Shown piece by piece: positions 14,521-28,170 of a DNA stretch of 64,000 nucleotides. A program made the translations under genes and the position numbers. Origin of the DNA: Tubulanus polymorphus (taxonomy: Eukaryota > Animalia > Nemertea); NCBI RefSeq assembly GCF_964204645.1, contig NC_134029.1, positions 2,356,001 through 2,420,000 of the forward strand, given 5' to 3'. The notes beneath the pieces are model-generated. The model saw only the letters and a list, made by a program, of their open reading frames with translations, was not told the DNA's origin and searched no databases. Each line of letters opens with the position of its first letter. Positions within the stretch are counted from its first letter, which is position 1.

Positions 14521-15791
14521 ATGAGCGTAAAACGCGTGACATACATGGTCGATAAAGGTTCAAATTTTAAATGATTCAAGTTCTATTTTCTCGTTCAATC
14601 TCGATTAAGATACGACACGCCTAATATTTATTTTGTACCGCTCAATTCAATAACGTTTTTAATCCATTTGACTTATCGCTGCAGGTCTAGCGTCGTGTCA
14701 TTATTATGCGGTTGCTAACTCGAAATCGATTCCTGATCGAGAAGTCCCATGTTATTTTTTTTACTTTCGTGTGAAATTTCTGATTTCCTATTTCAAATGT
14801 AAACGGTCGGATATTGATGTTAAGGAGTGCGTGAATTGGTATTGTTTGGGGCGGAGGTTGCGTTTGAAATGCTGTCTGCTTCGTAGATGCACTTTCCTTA
14901 TTGAATTCGCTCGAAGTCGAATTATTAATAATAATCCTTTATATAAGTGGAACATATAATTTACATACATATTTCTATGAGTTCAAAATTGTGCTTTATT
15001 ACAGGGATAAGCTATAAAAGGATTTGATAAAGATCTCTCCACCAGTTAAGGGCGAACATTCAAACGCCCTTTATCAACAGTATCACCCAGTAATTTGTCT
15101 GTATAATTGAAGCACAATGCTTCGATGTCGTCTTTTGATCATCGCTGTTCTAAAAATCATTACGGCACTCTGGTAACGTCTTCATTAGCTTCAATTCGTA
15201 TTGAAGGATAAGCCATATTGAATTACTTTTTCCCGTTTAAAAAGTGCATCGATTTCTAATTCAGCGTTTATACATACATCCATTGCATTGTCAGAAACAT
15301 AACTAAACATATAAATCATTATATACTGTTGTCAAATGATTCATGTTTAGAATCAAGGAAACTCATTTGTTCGAAGTTTTCTAATAATAGCAATGCCCAA
15401 AAGGTATTGTTATTATCAGTGATCATCGGCGAAAAGAATGGGATTTTTTGATGGTCTGTTACAAAGTCTAAAAAACATCACTTTGATTTATATAAAGGGA
15501 TATATGATCATGGGATTGGAGAAAATACACAGTTAGTTCTTTACTTTATTAACGTTGTAAACTGCAGACCATCTCAGTATTTATCAACTTCTTATAAAAG
15601 GATATAGATAATTGGTCTCAGTTCAAGTTTTTAAGGTGGATTTCAGGGGTGATAGTTTTTTCGAATCTGTGTGGAAGCCTATGAATGCCTCTACGTGCAT
15701 GGAGAAGAGATGGCAAACTACAAACTGATATAGAATCCCTACAAACTAAGAATAGAAATAATCCAAAATTTGTCCAAAAGATAAGGATATA

Positions 15792-15894
15792 TTCGGTGTT
15801 TCGACTGTATTCAAATAGTGATCTTTAAGAATACTGTACTCGACGAAAACAGCATTCCTGAAGATGACTATTAGGATATAGTCTAAACGTCGAA
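15792..15894. mobile_element. Inverted pair of 43-bp Penelope-type minimal hammerhead-ribozyme relics
   Basis: +15852-15894 GCATTC-CTGAAGA-T-GACTAT-TAGGAT-ATAGTC-TAAAC-GTC-GAA and a homologous inverted copy at 15792-15834. Confidence 0.65.
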
Positions 15895-17059
15895 AAAAAT
15901 TGAAGCTCAATGGCAGATTTAAAACTGTTTTATTCTGTATGGGATTTTACATGGACAGAGTGTTTCATTAAAGGTTAGCATCCTCACAAAGCTGGTCTCG
16001 GACACCCAGTCTCGATGCCTATCTAGGCACGCTGAGCATTCAACAATGTGAGAAATTGCCCTTGACTCTTCGAATCTAGATCACTGTTTATCTGTACTTC
16101 ATGCATTTATGAAGTTGATCGATGTTTCGCGAGGATTTTATTTTATCTTTCAATTCACTGCGCGCAAACACCGTTAAAATACTAAAATAACTTTCATTAA
16201 TATCAGTTGAATCGATTTCTGTTACTGTTTGTGAAAAGTTTTCAGGCGCTCGTCGCACGACTGAACAACAAAAGTCAATTCGAGCCCCGCAGGGCAGACA
16301 TTTTTCTCCAATGAATTTTCAAGTTTCAGCGACATAAGTTTCAGATAACTTTTGACATCATAGGACAAATACAGCTATGAAGTCATGTTCTGTTTTGAGT
16401 TTGTCATATTGTATCAAAGTTGTTGTCGTTGGCATTTCGCGATACTCTTCGCTGTACTGAACATGTCGAAGTTTATTTTCTTCTGGAGTAAGAATCAGGC
16501 GGCTTAATAAGTGATGATCTTATGGATTTATCTTTATGTACTCGGATATCACCATAGATAACAGCTGTGTGGACCGATATCGACTATAACCTGGATTAAA
16601 CACGACTTTTTAGTTTTCTGCAACTTTTCCGACGCTGGGAAATATGATCACTTTCTGTAAAGCTAATGATATGGATGTATATTTGGTTTTTTTATGATGA
16701 TGTTTACGGATGAATAAAGTTAGTGGCTATCGCGTTTTATCAAAGGCATTTATCGATTTAGCTTCTTCGTCCTAAATGTTTACGTATAATTTTAAGGATT
16801 ATAGTTGGTTACGAATATTTCATCAAGTAAGTCGCTAGTCACTTCGTGCATTTATTGGAAGCTGGACATTCAGTAGTAGTGAAAATGCGTATGATTGGCA
16901 TTTATGAAAAGAGTTGTTAGAATATGATGAAGGCTTCCTCGTCACATTCAGAAATAAGGCAGATGATAGCTTAATTTCTGATAGCATCATTGATTAGGGT
17001 TTCTGGGAGAATAACATGAACATGAAATGTTTTTGAAAATGACATTGTCTTGATTACCC

Positions 17060-17640
17060 TTAGACATGTAAACCTATATACTTAAAACCAAACAAAACAC
17101 TGTCCAGGAAACAGTTCTTGGTTATATTTAGTTTTAAATTGAATTGTGTCATTTCCAGTAATCCTAGAGGTACATCTTATCTTACAACTGATCAACTTGG
17201 TCCAAAACGACAAAAAATCATAATTTTTCCCATGTTCACTTCTTTCATATCTTTGTATTGTGGAATTGACTCCCATAATCTTTAATGCAGTTAACAAGAT
17301 AAATTTTCATTGAGCATTATACTAGAAATGTTTTTCCAAATAACAAATTCTACAATACTGTGCAGCTATGTCGTAGCCTGTAATTATGATTTTGATGCTT
17401 CGTAAAATATCACATTCAAATTTCTGACAAGGATTTTCTTTAATGACTTTTTTTGCGAAAATACAATTAAGATATAAAGAATCACAATGCCTCATACAAA
17501 TCAACAGCTTATTTCAAGATGATCGCATAAAAAAAAGATTTCTAGAATTATCTCTTGTCAAAATAATAAGTATAAATGAAGTGAATAAACCTTGTTCGTT
17601 TGAAGAACGAAGAAAGCTATGTTTTGATATTTCCACATAA
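17060..17640 (-). mobile_element. Highly decayed non-LTR reverse transcriptase fragment
   Basis: Minus strand YLEKHF*... (cf. DLEKAFDS), then LLTALKIMGV...W.KL...TIQFKTKYNQ (cf. IxxxxGxxQGD): correct order for RT motifs, with stops and frameshifts. Confidence 0.4.
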
Positions 17641-19824
17641 TCATTAGTTTGAAATCTACATAAGTATTCGAAAATGAAAAATATGCATTGGAATTTAAAT
17701 CAAACGAAATGAATGTTGGAAGCTTTGGTCGATTCTAGAATGTTCTGTGAACGTTTATTGTGTGATGGGAACCGTAGGCGATTAGTTCTTCAATCGTATA
17801 CAAACCTGTGCTATCCCTCGAGCGCTGAAAGTCGAATACGTTTGAACCAAAACCCCTGAAATATAAATAAATATGAATACTTTTCATGTTTGACATGTAT
17901 CGGGATACATTGTGATGTTTATCTGCATTTTTTTATCATAACGAATTTTATTTCGAATTGTTGCAGGGAATCATTTGTCATGTAGAGCAAACGCATGTCA
18001 AAGCCTGTCAGTCATGTAACTGTAGACGCTCGTGTATGTCTCGTTAATAACCTGTAGGTGAATTCTAATTGATCGGTTTTAGATACAGAAATATCTTATA
18101 CTAGAAACCCTTTAAACTCTCTGCCGCCCACTGACTTAGATTCCATACATCGACACAACCTTCCATTTGAAATCACTTTTATTTTATGAATAAGCTTAAC
18201 TTGAATCCGGCTGATGTGAACATGAAGCAAACAAAATGTAAATATTAGTTAAAGTCTTAACATTTCTTACACATTTCAAACATACGTCAAGCCGAATTTA
18301 TTGGCCTTATTTCCAAAGCGAATTAATATTTTTGAAAGCGATATTTTCCTGATGAGAAAATATTTTGTAAGCTGTATGCCTTATAATATCTCAAATTGGG
18401 GGACACCTGTTATGATCACGTTTGTAACAGGATTTTGTGTATTTTAGGTGAACATTTTCAGCATATATTAGCATATAATCCTGTATCGAACTGTAGCACT
18501 TTAGAAAGATGTAAAATGTATTCTCTCATTTCAAAAGGGGGAAAATGTTTTAACGTACGTACACAAAAAAAATATTCTATTGACTTCTCCTAATAGTTAC
18601 GGATATAAACTACCACTTTTATAACTAGAAAGGGTGTGCAATATGGAAAATGGAATGTTGTTTCAAATTTGAATTGAGTAAAAAGTAAATTGAGTGCAAA
18701 TTATTGATTTCGAAAGACGTTTTATAGATTCTGTAGTTATGTAATAACATGTTTAGATGTTGCGTACAATAATTCCGTACAAGTCAAATATGATACCTAT
18801 AAAACAAAAACAAGATTCGCCTGATCACTATATTCTAAACCGGGAAATTAAGACTGGAATATTGTTTAGATTTAGAAAGCAGCCCCTGAGAAGCAATGAA
18901 GCGACGATAGAGTCAAATGTAGTCAATATCGAAAGTTAAAGCAAAGCAAAGCAATACAAAAAATATATACATGTAATATTGATAACTGTATTTTATTTCT
19001 AACGACTGAAAAGTTCGATTTATCTTGCACCAGCTCCGCTACCGCACGTGTTATGGAGCAGTAGTGTATCAGTTCATTAAGAGAGTTGTGACTGATCAAA
19101 GGACATGCGATATGTTCCATCATTTTGTGTCAATGACAGCAGAAAATCATCATCTTCTCTCGCGTATTAATCAAATCTTTGCATTCTGCCGTCTGTGTCT
19201 AATTATTTGAAATCTATTACTTTGATTCGAGTTGAATGATACGGCGTGAGATCAAACGTTTCCTAGCCGCGCATCTGCCTGAAACGACGAGTGAGGGAGT
19301 CGTCGCCTTATACACGGAAGCCATCAGTATCTCATCTCTGACTGTTTCATTCATTTAAAAAAAGCTCAGTCGCACCGTCATGAACTCTACATATATCTCT
19401 ATATAAAAGTGAGAGCCTGGTGTCCTGTTATAAAAAAAAAACTCTTAGGTTTATTACAGAGTGGTCACTCAGATGCCTTGTGTTCAGTCAACTTCTTATC
19501 TATTCATCTTCCCAAAATATATTTCAAATGTCGTCTATAGATCTAGATTCTAATATAGAGTGAAGACAGGTTCTATCGTAAACTGTTAATCTGGAAATCA
19601 CGAGGAGAAGCTTCATCAGGCAAATGATATACGTACCTGATGCACTAGTAGCGAAAGCTCGTAATTTCTGATCTTAGTTAACCTACTCTCTACACACAGT
19701 ACTACTTGTCTTCGCGTTTGTTTTGACATCCTCGCTTGCCAGGGGTCCAGTATCACTCCCGAACTCACTTCCACCAGCCCCCTGGCCTCACGAAGCGTGA
19801 TTTCATTACTGGCGCTGTTGCGCG

Positions 19825-19945
19825 TGACGTCATATGTCGATTTGCGAAATACTTCCTTGTTCGGTAAAACGTTCGCTGATTGGTCCATTTAACGGGAAAA
19901 CCAACAGAAGTCTACTGACGGTTTGTTACAAGCGCTGTGATTGGT
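19825..19945. promoter_or_regulatory. CRE plus two inverted CCAAT boxes
   Basis: TGACGTCA 19825-19832; CTGATTGG ~19876 and GTGATTGG ~19937, about 61 bp apart, in CpG-rich DNA. Confidence 0.35.
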
Positions 19946-19959
19946 ACGACCGGATTCTG

Positions 19960-20100
19960 GTCGGCTAGTAACGACTCCAACGACTCGTGAGGTCAAGGGG
20001 TTCGGGAACAGCTTTAGCGTAGTGGGTTCGAATCCCTTGACGGGTGAAGATGTTGTTTTGATGCTCGGTAAACTCGGCTTTTCTACAACTCTTCTCATCT
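19960..20100 (+). mobile_element. Possible SINE / Pol III relic
   Basis: B box GGGTTCGAATCCC at ~20024-20036, within a GTCAAGGG...CCCTTGAC inverted repeat; A box not clear. Confidence 0.35.
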
Positions 20101-21052
20101 TACCTTAATCAACTGAAAAAATATCAAAAGAAAGATCGTTAAAAATTGATGTTTCTTCTGAAATTGTTGGCAATCTGGCTTTGAATATATATATTGATTT
20201 TTTTCTTATCTTCTTTCATTCAAAGTCGTATGGCCACTTTGTACGAAATGAACTGAATATATAAAACTAAGCAAAAACCCGACGGAAAGATCAACAACAA
20301 GGAACGGATATGAATAAAAATACATCATCAAAACAATAATGTCTGATTACGACGTAAAAAAGAAAAAAGTTGACGAAATGAAGATGTACTTTCGAAGCTG
20401 AACCACAGACGCCTTTGATCAGGACGCAATTTGATTGTTTGTCTTTTACAGTCTGGAGAAATATCTCAGTAACTGTTCATCTATCGATACAAAATTGATT
20501 GGAAAATAATAATGAGATCCATGGAGTGTCATACGAGCTGCACGCGTATACTTGTATAGGTAATCCATAAAATACATGCTATATATATATATACATATAA
20601 TGGATAACGGGACAATGCTCGAATTTGACGGCCACACGAGACGCCTCCGACATGATGAAAAAATGATACTTTGATGTTATTTTTATTCCCAGTCGCGCGC
20701 ACTTCTTACCTGTAGAAAATAAATCGATATTCACAGATATTTCAGTCGATTATTTGATTGGGATTTTTTTTCTGTATAATGAGGGAAGATTATTATAGAC
20801 GATTTGTATATAAATGCGATCACAGCTCCGCGGACGAGACAAAAATAATGGAAGCCGATTTTGCGCTTTTGTGAGAAATCCTTTACAAAAAACTGACTCA
20901 AGATACGTATAAAACCACGAAAATATGACTGAAACAAATTATTTATAAGGGCGCTTCAATAGAAGCATATTTGAGATAAATTCTGGAGATTGAACATGAT
21001 GATGATTTTAAGCATCATGATTTACTGATTTCATCCCTCAATCCACTGAGTG

Positions 21053-21067
21053 CCACTAGGGAGCGCC
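21053..21067 (+). promoter_or_regulatory. CTCF-like motif
   Basis: CCACTAGGGAGCGCC, one mismatch to the CCASYAGRKGGCRSY consensus. Confidence 0.35.
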
Positions 21068-21889
21068 ACTTGTTGTATCGGGTCCGATGTGTCTTTTCCT
21101 CTCGACCCGGTGAGCGCCATTCGGGCCATTGTTACAGCAGGTTCGACGTTTCTTATGCCGTAAGGGATTTTCAACCGTTTGGGCAAGAACGACTGGTGAA
21201 AATGAAGTTAATGATGAATTCAAGAAGACAATTTGATTAATCAGCGCATCACTCTTATTCTATCGATGAGATATTCTTAGGGCAACTTTTATTGTTGTTA
21301 ACTCAGTCAACATATCGTTATCGTTGTAATAATCTCAAATGGCTGGTTTTAGTATTTCGACTGATTGGAGTTCTTGTCCGCGTATTAATAATCGTTACTT
21401 TACCCGTGTATTCGTCCGTCTTGTTGACTCAGTTTACTGTACTTTAAACTTTATCAAAGGACAAATTGATGGATACGTTGAAAGATGCACATCATCGCTA
21501 TTAAAGAATGACATTACGATACCGATTAGTTGTATAGTGTTAACATGGCTTCAACCCGTACAATTATCGGCGACTTGGTCGTTTTCAGTTGAATAAGGCT
21601 TCAAACGACAGCGGTTTTATTTTAGCCGAGTAAAAGCTTTGGTTGATCGAATAACAAAATACTAAACGAATCGGTAACGCGAGAAACCTTGACATTTCTA
21701 ATTCTGTTTAGTCAGTGTTATTAGTTGACACAGTGTAGAGGCGGGGGGAGGCTATTTCACAATCCTTCAACCCTTTATTTCACTAAAAGATTTATTAAGA
21801 TGAGTTGGAAACTCAAATACTGATGGGGCGTGAATAGTCACTACGACTGTCATCATACTCGCTGACTGATCTCCACTCTGATGTTCACT

Positions 21890-22040
21890 GCTGCTGTGGT
21901 CTAGTGGTTAGCGCGATGGTCCGGCAAATGGGTGGTTTCGGGTTCGATTCGGGCCCCAAATTTTCATTTTGGGCCAGATGAGCTCTTCAGTGAAAAATGT
22001 CCTTTTTGGAATAAGAAACTTTCACTGGAAATTCCTTGGT
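21890..22040 (+). mobile_element. tRNA-derived SINE head (or tRNA pseudogene)
   Basis: Pol III A box TGGTCTAGTGG (21897-21907) and B box GGTTCGATTC (21941-21950) at tRNA-like spacing, but no closed cloverleaf. Confidence 0.6.
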
Positions 22041-25000
22041 TAGTTCTAACGTATTACCTTTACAGTCAAATTAGATCCATAACCATCGGAGCTAGATGTG
22101 GAATAAGGAGATGAGTTGGAGGTATTTTTTGATGTTCTAACGATTTACCAATAATTGCAGTTCCCCGCTCTTATTTCCAGATAGACCGATTTTTCAGTAT
22201 TGAAATGACGCACACAAAGAGCTTTCTGCGATTCTTCAACAGTTTTAAAAACGCCAAATCAATTCTCTTACCGAACGTGCGAGATTGAAAACCTGAATAC
22301 CTCATCTTGTCATCCGTCAATATTATCAATACGAATCGACTTTCACTTGCCTATCGCACTTTGCTTTTGACTTTCCTTTTCGTCTTCTAACTTGGAAAGG
22401 AATTAGTTAAAAACAACTCATCAGATCCGAAATCAGTGATATTATCTTTTTCTTCAACTTTCTGACTAGGATAAGGTGTGCCCGGTGCACTGCTCTGCTC
22501 TACGATTCTCTACGATCCTATGTACCCAACCACCCCGAGTCATACGCTGACACTAAAGTTCTCAATGTGAAGATAAAAGATTTATTTTGGAGTGTGGTTT
22601 ATGCGAAAGAAACAGATTTTCTGAATTTGTGGATACTCAGTTCTAATCCGTAGTCTAATCCTTCTGAAGGGTTTCAACCATTTTCCAACGCGCTGTTGTG
22701 ACACGTTCAGTTTTCTAATGACCCAGGGTTGGTTGTACACGACACCACACAACACCCACTACTACCAACGATTTTCAGGCCTCATAAGAACCGCATCAAT
22801 AATTAATAACGTAGCGTTTTGAACGAGTGTCTCGCATCGGGTTTTGTTGATTGCACTTCACACCGTTATTATTGCCAGTAAAATCAATATAGGGTTAGAG
22901 CATTAACGCAATCGTCATCCGCAGAAAACGTATACACAGGAAAAAATTGTCACAAACCAATTACGTGTACGGTAACGTGAAGTGTTCGAGGTAGCAACTC
23001 TGTGTTCCCGAGGTGTGCGCAATTAGTGTTCACAGTCTTTCTCTAAATATCCAGCGATAATAATCATGACTAAGATACTACGCATTTAGTAAAAACTTGT
23101 AGCTACATTTCAAACGATTAATTATGCAAAGATATACAGTTATTTATGTTGTTGTTATTATTATCGCAAGGCATAATTCATGTACGAACGTTATATAGTA
23201 GTTTTTGCGCGTATAATATTTCAAAAGACGTTCGTTCGGAATGATGGATGTTTCTTGTTGCATTCTCCCCTACAGCCGGTAGTTTTGATGCCAAGTCGCT
23301 GTAAACGAAACATTGTTCGAGTATTGGCGAAAAAACTTCAGGATTCATCGTCAACGCCAACAGCAAACATCGAAAATGAATAGAATGAAGAAAAAAACGT
23401 AGATACAAAAGCTGTACTTCGCCAGCTTCGTGTTGAGTGTGCACATTATTTTAGCAGCACACGTGGCATCTCTAGAACCGACACAAATAACTCGTTCGTT
23501 CGTAATGAATTAATTGTTGGTCGTGCTGTTGTTCTCTTCATCGGCAATTTACGATTCGCGTTGCACTGAACAAATTTCGAATAAGCCTAATGAAAACAAA
23601 TGATGATGTATTGTCTTTTAGTCTCGGTGATTTACTTTCATTACGACGCACACGCCCGACAATCGGAGCCACCCTACCACAGACTGCCACGGCCATTGTG
23701 TCTATCAATGTCTTAAACGTCATTAAATATAATCCGTGTGCGAGCGTAAACAGCATTAGAGCAAGAGCTTACCGTCACTAATCTATATATCAAATCAGAC
23801 CCACACCCAACATGTCTACAGCTGTATCCATATACTTTGTCGAGTGTCAATTTTCTGAGCTTAGCGAAAGAAAGCCTCGACAAACTAATATAAGATTATT
23901 GAGAAATTAAGATAGTAGATAAGTTAATAATTCAGAAGAAATTGTTGATGGTTGCACATTGAAGTAATTGTTGGACCAACATCACATGTATATCACCAAC
24001 CATTTCACCACTTGTCGCTCGTATCAGTATTTTACCCGAATCGTGAAAAAAATCTAATTTTGCAGCGAATTCTTCGAAAGGTTGCCGCCAGTCTTGTTTT
24101 TTGAACGAAAGAAATAATTCATGTTTTCGTTCTTTTTTTCAAATCGTAACATCGATTTCGATTTGTTTTCCAATACCTGTAGGCGTTCGGTCTTCAATCG
24201 TATAAACATGTGCCACTGACGTCTGAAGAAATTGATCTACGTTATTTCATAGTTGGCGCCGTGTTTTACCTGTCACCCGATTCTTAATAGGAGCAACGCG
24301 TATCTAATGTCATGAATAACTGATCGGTGGTTTTTCGTCGTGTTTCGCTGCTCAAGAAAAACCGCTATATATGGCGCTAATTTTTGACGCGCCGTACCGA
24401 ACTGGAAATACAAGTAGCCAACCGCTTAAATAATAAATCATGAAATCCATAGCGCTGGGGTGTACATGTAAAAACTCTCTTTAGGCTATCATATTTTGTG
24501 CGATAAGCTACCTACTAAACATCCAATACTGCATCAAATATTTATACTTTGGTCAGGTTGATATTGTGAAAAGTTTTGTTACCGATGTTTTTCTGTGTAG
24601 AGGATGGTTTCGTATTGAGAAAAACTCTAATTTACAATGAACGCATTAAGTTACTTTCCGCGGTAAAGTAATTTATAGATATTATTGAAAAGGACGGTTT
24701 TTCTTACCGAGACGATGAAGATTTCGACAAACTATATTTTTGTGAAGAATAGAACATATGTTTCTTCGTTGAGGCCCTTGGGGAGAGTTTCTACCAATTT
24801 CCACAATAACTGGCCATCTCAAGGGAACAGAATTTCTCAATAATGTTCGGGAAAATGTATATACAGTCCATACTAAGATCGCATTTCATTTCGAAGGCTA
24901 TTGCTAAGATGATCTGGCCTCATATCCAAATAATTTATGAAAGTTCTCGTCTTTTTCGTCCTTTCGAACACATTTATACATATATATATACATGAAACTT

Positions 25001-26071
25001 TTGCAAGAAATGGATTTCAAATATTTCGAATAAATCGATAGCAGGAACAGTGTTGAATTTCTCTGCGTGTCAAAATACAATATTTTCCATTCATTTTCAA
25101 GAATTAATTTCTACAACGTAATTTTCTGCGTAGCAAACATAAGTCAGATTATCTTTCTCAAGGCCTAAGGCTGACCACATGTCTGTGATGGTGCGCGAAA
25201 GGCCTAATCTCTGTCGAGAACTGTCGCAAAGACCTGCGCAGCTCTTAATCCGTTTGGCAAAGTCTCCAACGCATATCATCGAATAGTGGATGAACGGTCA
25301 GTTTTTTTTATCCATACAATCGTGATGACTGTGATAACACTTGAGAGTGTGTACGCGGGACACGGGAACATTTCTATAATGCTATTATAAGATCAGTAAA
25401 GGTTTGGTTGTCGTTTGAGAATTGAGCGGCTGTGTTATGTTGAACCGGTGAGTAATAAATAGATGGTCGCTCCTCAGTTCCACCGCGTCGTTTGGTGATG
25501 ACATAAAAGCCAATAAAACGTCGTTTGTAAGTCTTAATTTTCAACTTTGTTGATTGTCGTCACGTTCTACGCGCGTTTAACACTAACCTCTTATTAACAT
25601 ACCTGCGTCTGGATCGAGAATTCAGACAAACAGCAATGATAGAAATTACCTCCATTACGCCCATTGTCTTGTTTGATCTCTAAGTAAGAATCTAAGATAA
25701 AGCTGAATGAAATGAATGTTTGGTTTTCTGTAAACAGGTTTAATGTAGTGTGTGTCCTGAAACTAGTTGTAGTATATCTCAGTACTATCGAGGTTACCGT
25801 CCGTTAATACATCACGTTCTCCAGAAATACACAATTTCCGCTTTTCTTTTTAAACTCGTCGGAATAAATGTACTGTATATAATATTGCACAGAAAAATAA
25901 ACTAACAACGAACACGAAACCAATCAATGTCGTTGCTCTTGCTGGTCTTTTATGTAATCGAAATAAAAATATTTCTATACGCGTGCGCCGCAGATGACGT
26001 ATTGTTTTCAGATATATTCGTCTTCGTGTATTCGAGTATGTGTAGGTGTCGTGTTCCTGCGTGTGGTCCAC

Positions 26072-26140
26072 GGGAACCTGTATCCCCGGGAGAGGGGAAC
26101 CTGTATCGCCGGGAGAGGGGAACGTGTTATCCCCGAGAGA
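26072..26140 (+). repeat. 23-bp minisatellite, 3 copies (GGGAACCTGTATCCCCGGGAGAG)
   Basis: Units start at 26072, 26095 and 26118 (third diverged); no spacers. Confidence 0.9.
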
Positions 26141-26439
26141 ACTTGGGGATCGTGGTCGGACACAGGGATGACTCCGATCGCACGGATGGTGCGCGACAGA
26201 ACGAGCTGATATTCGGCTACAGAAGACCGCTGCGAATATAAATCGTAAAATAAAGGACAAATTAATTCAATAGAGAATTGATACTAGACACTGTAGAGGT
26301 AGATTTCTTTTGAAATAATCGAATGCGCGCCGAAATATCGGGTCTTCTTTCATTGCTGTAATAAGAGGCCTCTATCAGGTAATCTCAGTGCTTATTCCCG
26401 AAGTAATGTCGCATATATTAACAGCGCTGTCTTCGGTAT

Positions 26440-26641
26440 CCTCGCTCTCGCCCTCACACTCACACCCTCCTCCCTTCTCCCTCACAACCTCCTCCCTCCT
26501 CCCTACCTCCATTCCTCCCTCCTTCCTTCTCCCTCTTCCCTCCTCCCTCCTCGCTCTCGCCCTCACACCCTCCTCCCTCACACCCTCCTCCCTCACACCC
26601 TCCTCCCTCACACCCTCCTCCCTACCTCCATACCTCCCTCT
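26440..26641 (+). repeat. Polypyrimidine low-complexity tract containing 4 copies of a 15-bp unit (CCTCACACCCTCCTC, 26561-26620)
   Basis: Seen directly. Confidence 0.9.
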
Positions 26642-27929
26642 CAGAAATAGAGCTCTGATGACAAATAAAGCTTTTATATGATAAGAACAAGTATAATGCT
26701 GTTTGCGATTCGGGTATAAACTCATTTGTATGCTACATATCTGAGGGGATTTCCGCTACTAATGGACAGCTAATGGTGAATCGTTTCATTCATATGACAC
26801 CTCGGGTACCGGGCATTTATTCTTTTCTTCGACTTCGTATCATCGGCCCCGAGAGTCTCGACGTGTTGACAGAAAACGCAGATCTGGTTGACGCAATGCT
26901 CGCTGTGGAGTCTGACTCCTCGCGCGCATCCACGATAAACATATGTATACGATGCGTTGTTTTACATCGACGAGTTGAGCACTTTTAGTAGCTATTTTGA
27001 TAAGACTTTATACGACACTTTCCCATCGGAGAGAGATACGAGAATAGAAAAGCTGTCTTTCGAAGGGAAAAAAGCACCTTGTCTGTTACACATTGCGATC
27101 GCAGACGCTTAGATGTTTTGTCTACGTTTTTCAATCAATATAATGAAATAGTATATTGCTTTTACACTTTTGGGTAAGGTTAACTGATGTGGATGCGTGT
27201 TTAGTATATAGGCTGTAGGGTGGAATTTAAACGGCTTATACAGACTACATAAATGATTCAGTAGATTGTCCCAAGGCTGAAGAAAATCGAATAGTATAGT
27301 TACGCAACGCTTAAAATATCCATCTACAACGTTATTTACAATCGTTAATTGAGTTTATTGAAGTTTAACGACTTCCCATCGGTCAGGGGCAGCTCCGGGG
27401 TAAGGAAACAGTGGGAGCTCGTAGCGATGTGTATAATATGACATCATCTTCGAACAAAAGCCGAACGCGTGTAATCGAATAACTGGATTAGGTCATTTTA
27501 ATTCTAGGTTTTCTGCAGATGTCGTTGGTGTGTGAGAAAATTGAGGAAGTTATATACGGCGTGAAATGAACGAATTATTCGTGTTGATAATGGAGTTTCA
27601 CGTGTTCAAACTTTAATTGTTTAGAATTCAATTCGATGCTCATTTCTATCAGACACAATGAACAATAGTATTACAACTATCACACACATCGAACGTGATT
27701 TTGATACAATTGTATTTTTACGATTACGTATATAAGACTACTAATTTGTCTGGTCAGAGAGGTGGGAATTGTAGCCCGTGTCTTCCCCTCTCAGTTAGTT
27801 GTTACATACATTATCGGCTATTAACCCGAGGAGGGAACCACACACTCCTTTAGAGGAACAAAAAATAATAGTTTTTGATAATTAAGAAAACATGAAATGG
27901 AATGATACGATGAAAAACGACGTGATGTT

Positions 27930-27930
27930 A

Positions 27931-27958
<28 letters not shown>
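27930..27958 (+). repeat. Poly(T) tract
   Basis: ~29 consecutive T. Confidence 0.95.
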
Positions 27959-27961
<3 letters not shown>

Positions 27962-27972
27962 CTTAAAATAGG

Positions 27973-28170
27973 GATTGTCCCTGTTGTTTATTTGGTTTGT
28001 AAATTTCGTTAGATTTTTTGATTGAGTGTCCCTTACAGACCCACCACACCTGCCGGGAGCGAAACAGGGGGTTCGACGTGATGTTATTAGATAGATTTGA
28101 ATCGAATGAAAGAAACAGTAAAAGAGCTATGTGATATTCATGCTGATTGTCGGTAGTCATTTTACGGTGG
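27973..28170 (+). mobile_element. Decayed LINE ORF2 C-terminal remnant
   Basis: In-frame DCPCCLFGL*ISLDFLIECPLQ resembles CxxC...HFLIECPxY. Confidence 0.35.

Noticed and set aside
21890-21960. Functional tRNA gene
   Set aside because: A and B boxes are present, but acceptor and anticodon stems do not pair; treated as a SINE head or pseudogene.
26072-26140. 23-bp GC-rich repeat superficially like a type I-E CRISPR repeat (GTGTTATCCCCG)
   Set aside because: Units are directly adjacent with no spacers, there are no cas genes, and the context is eukaryotic.
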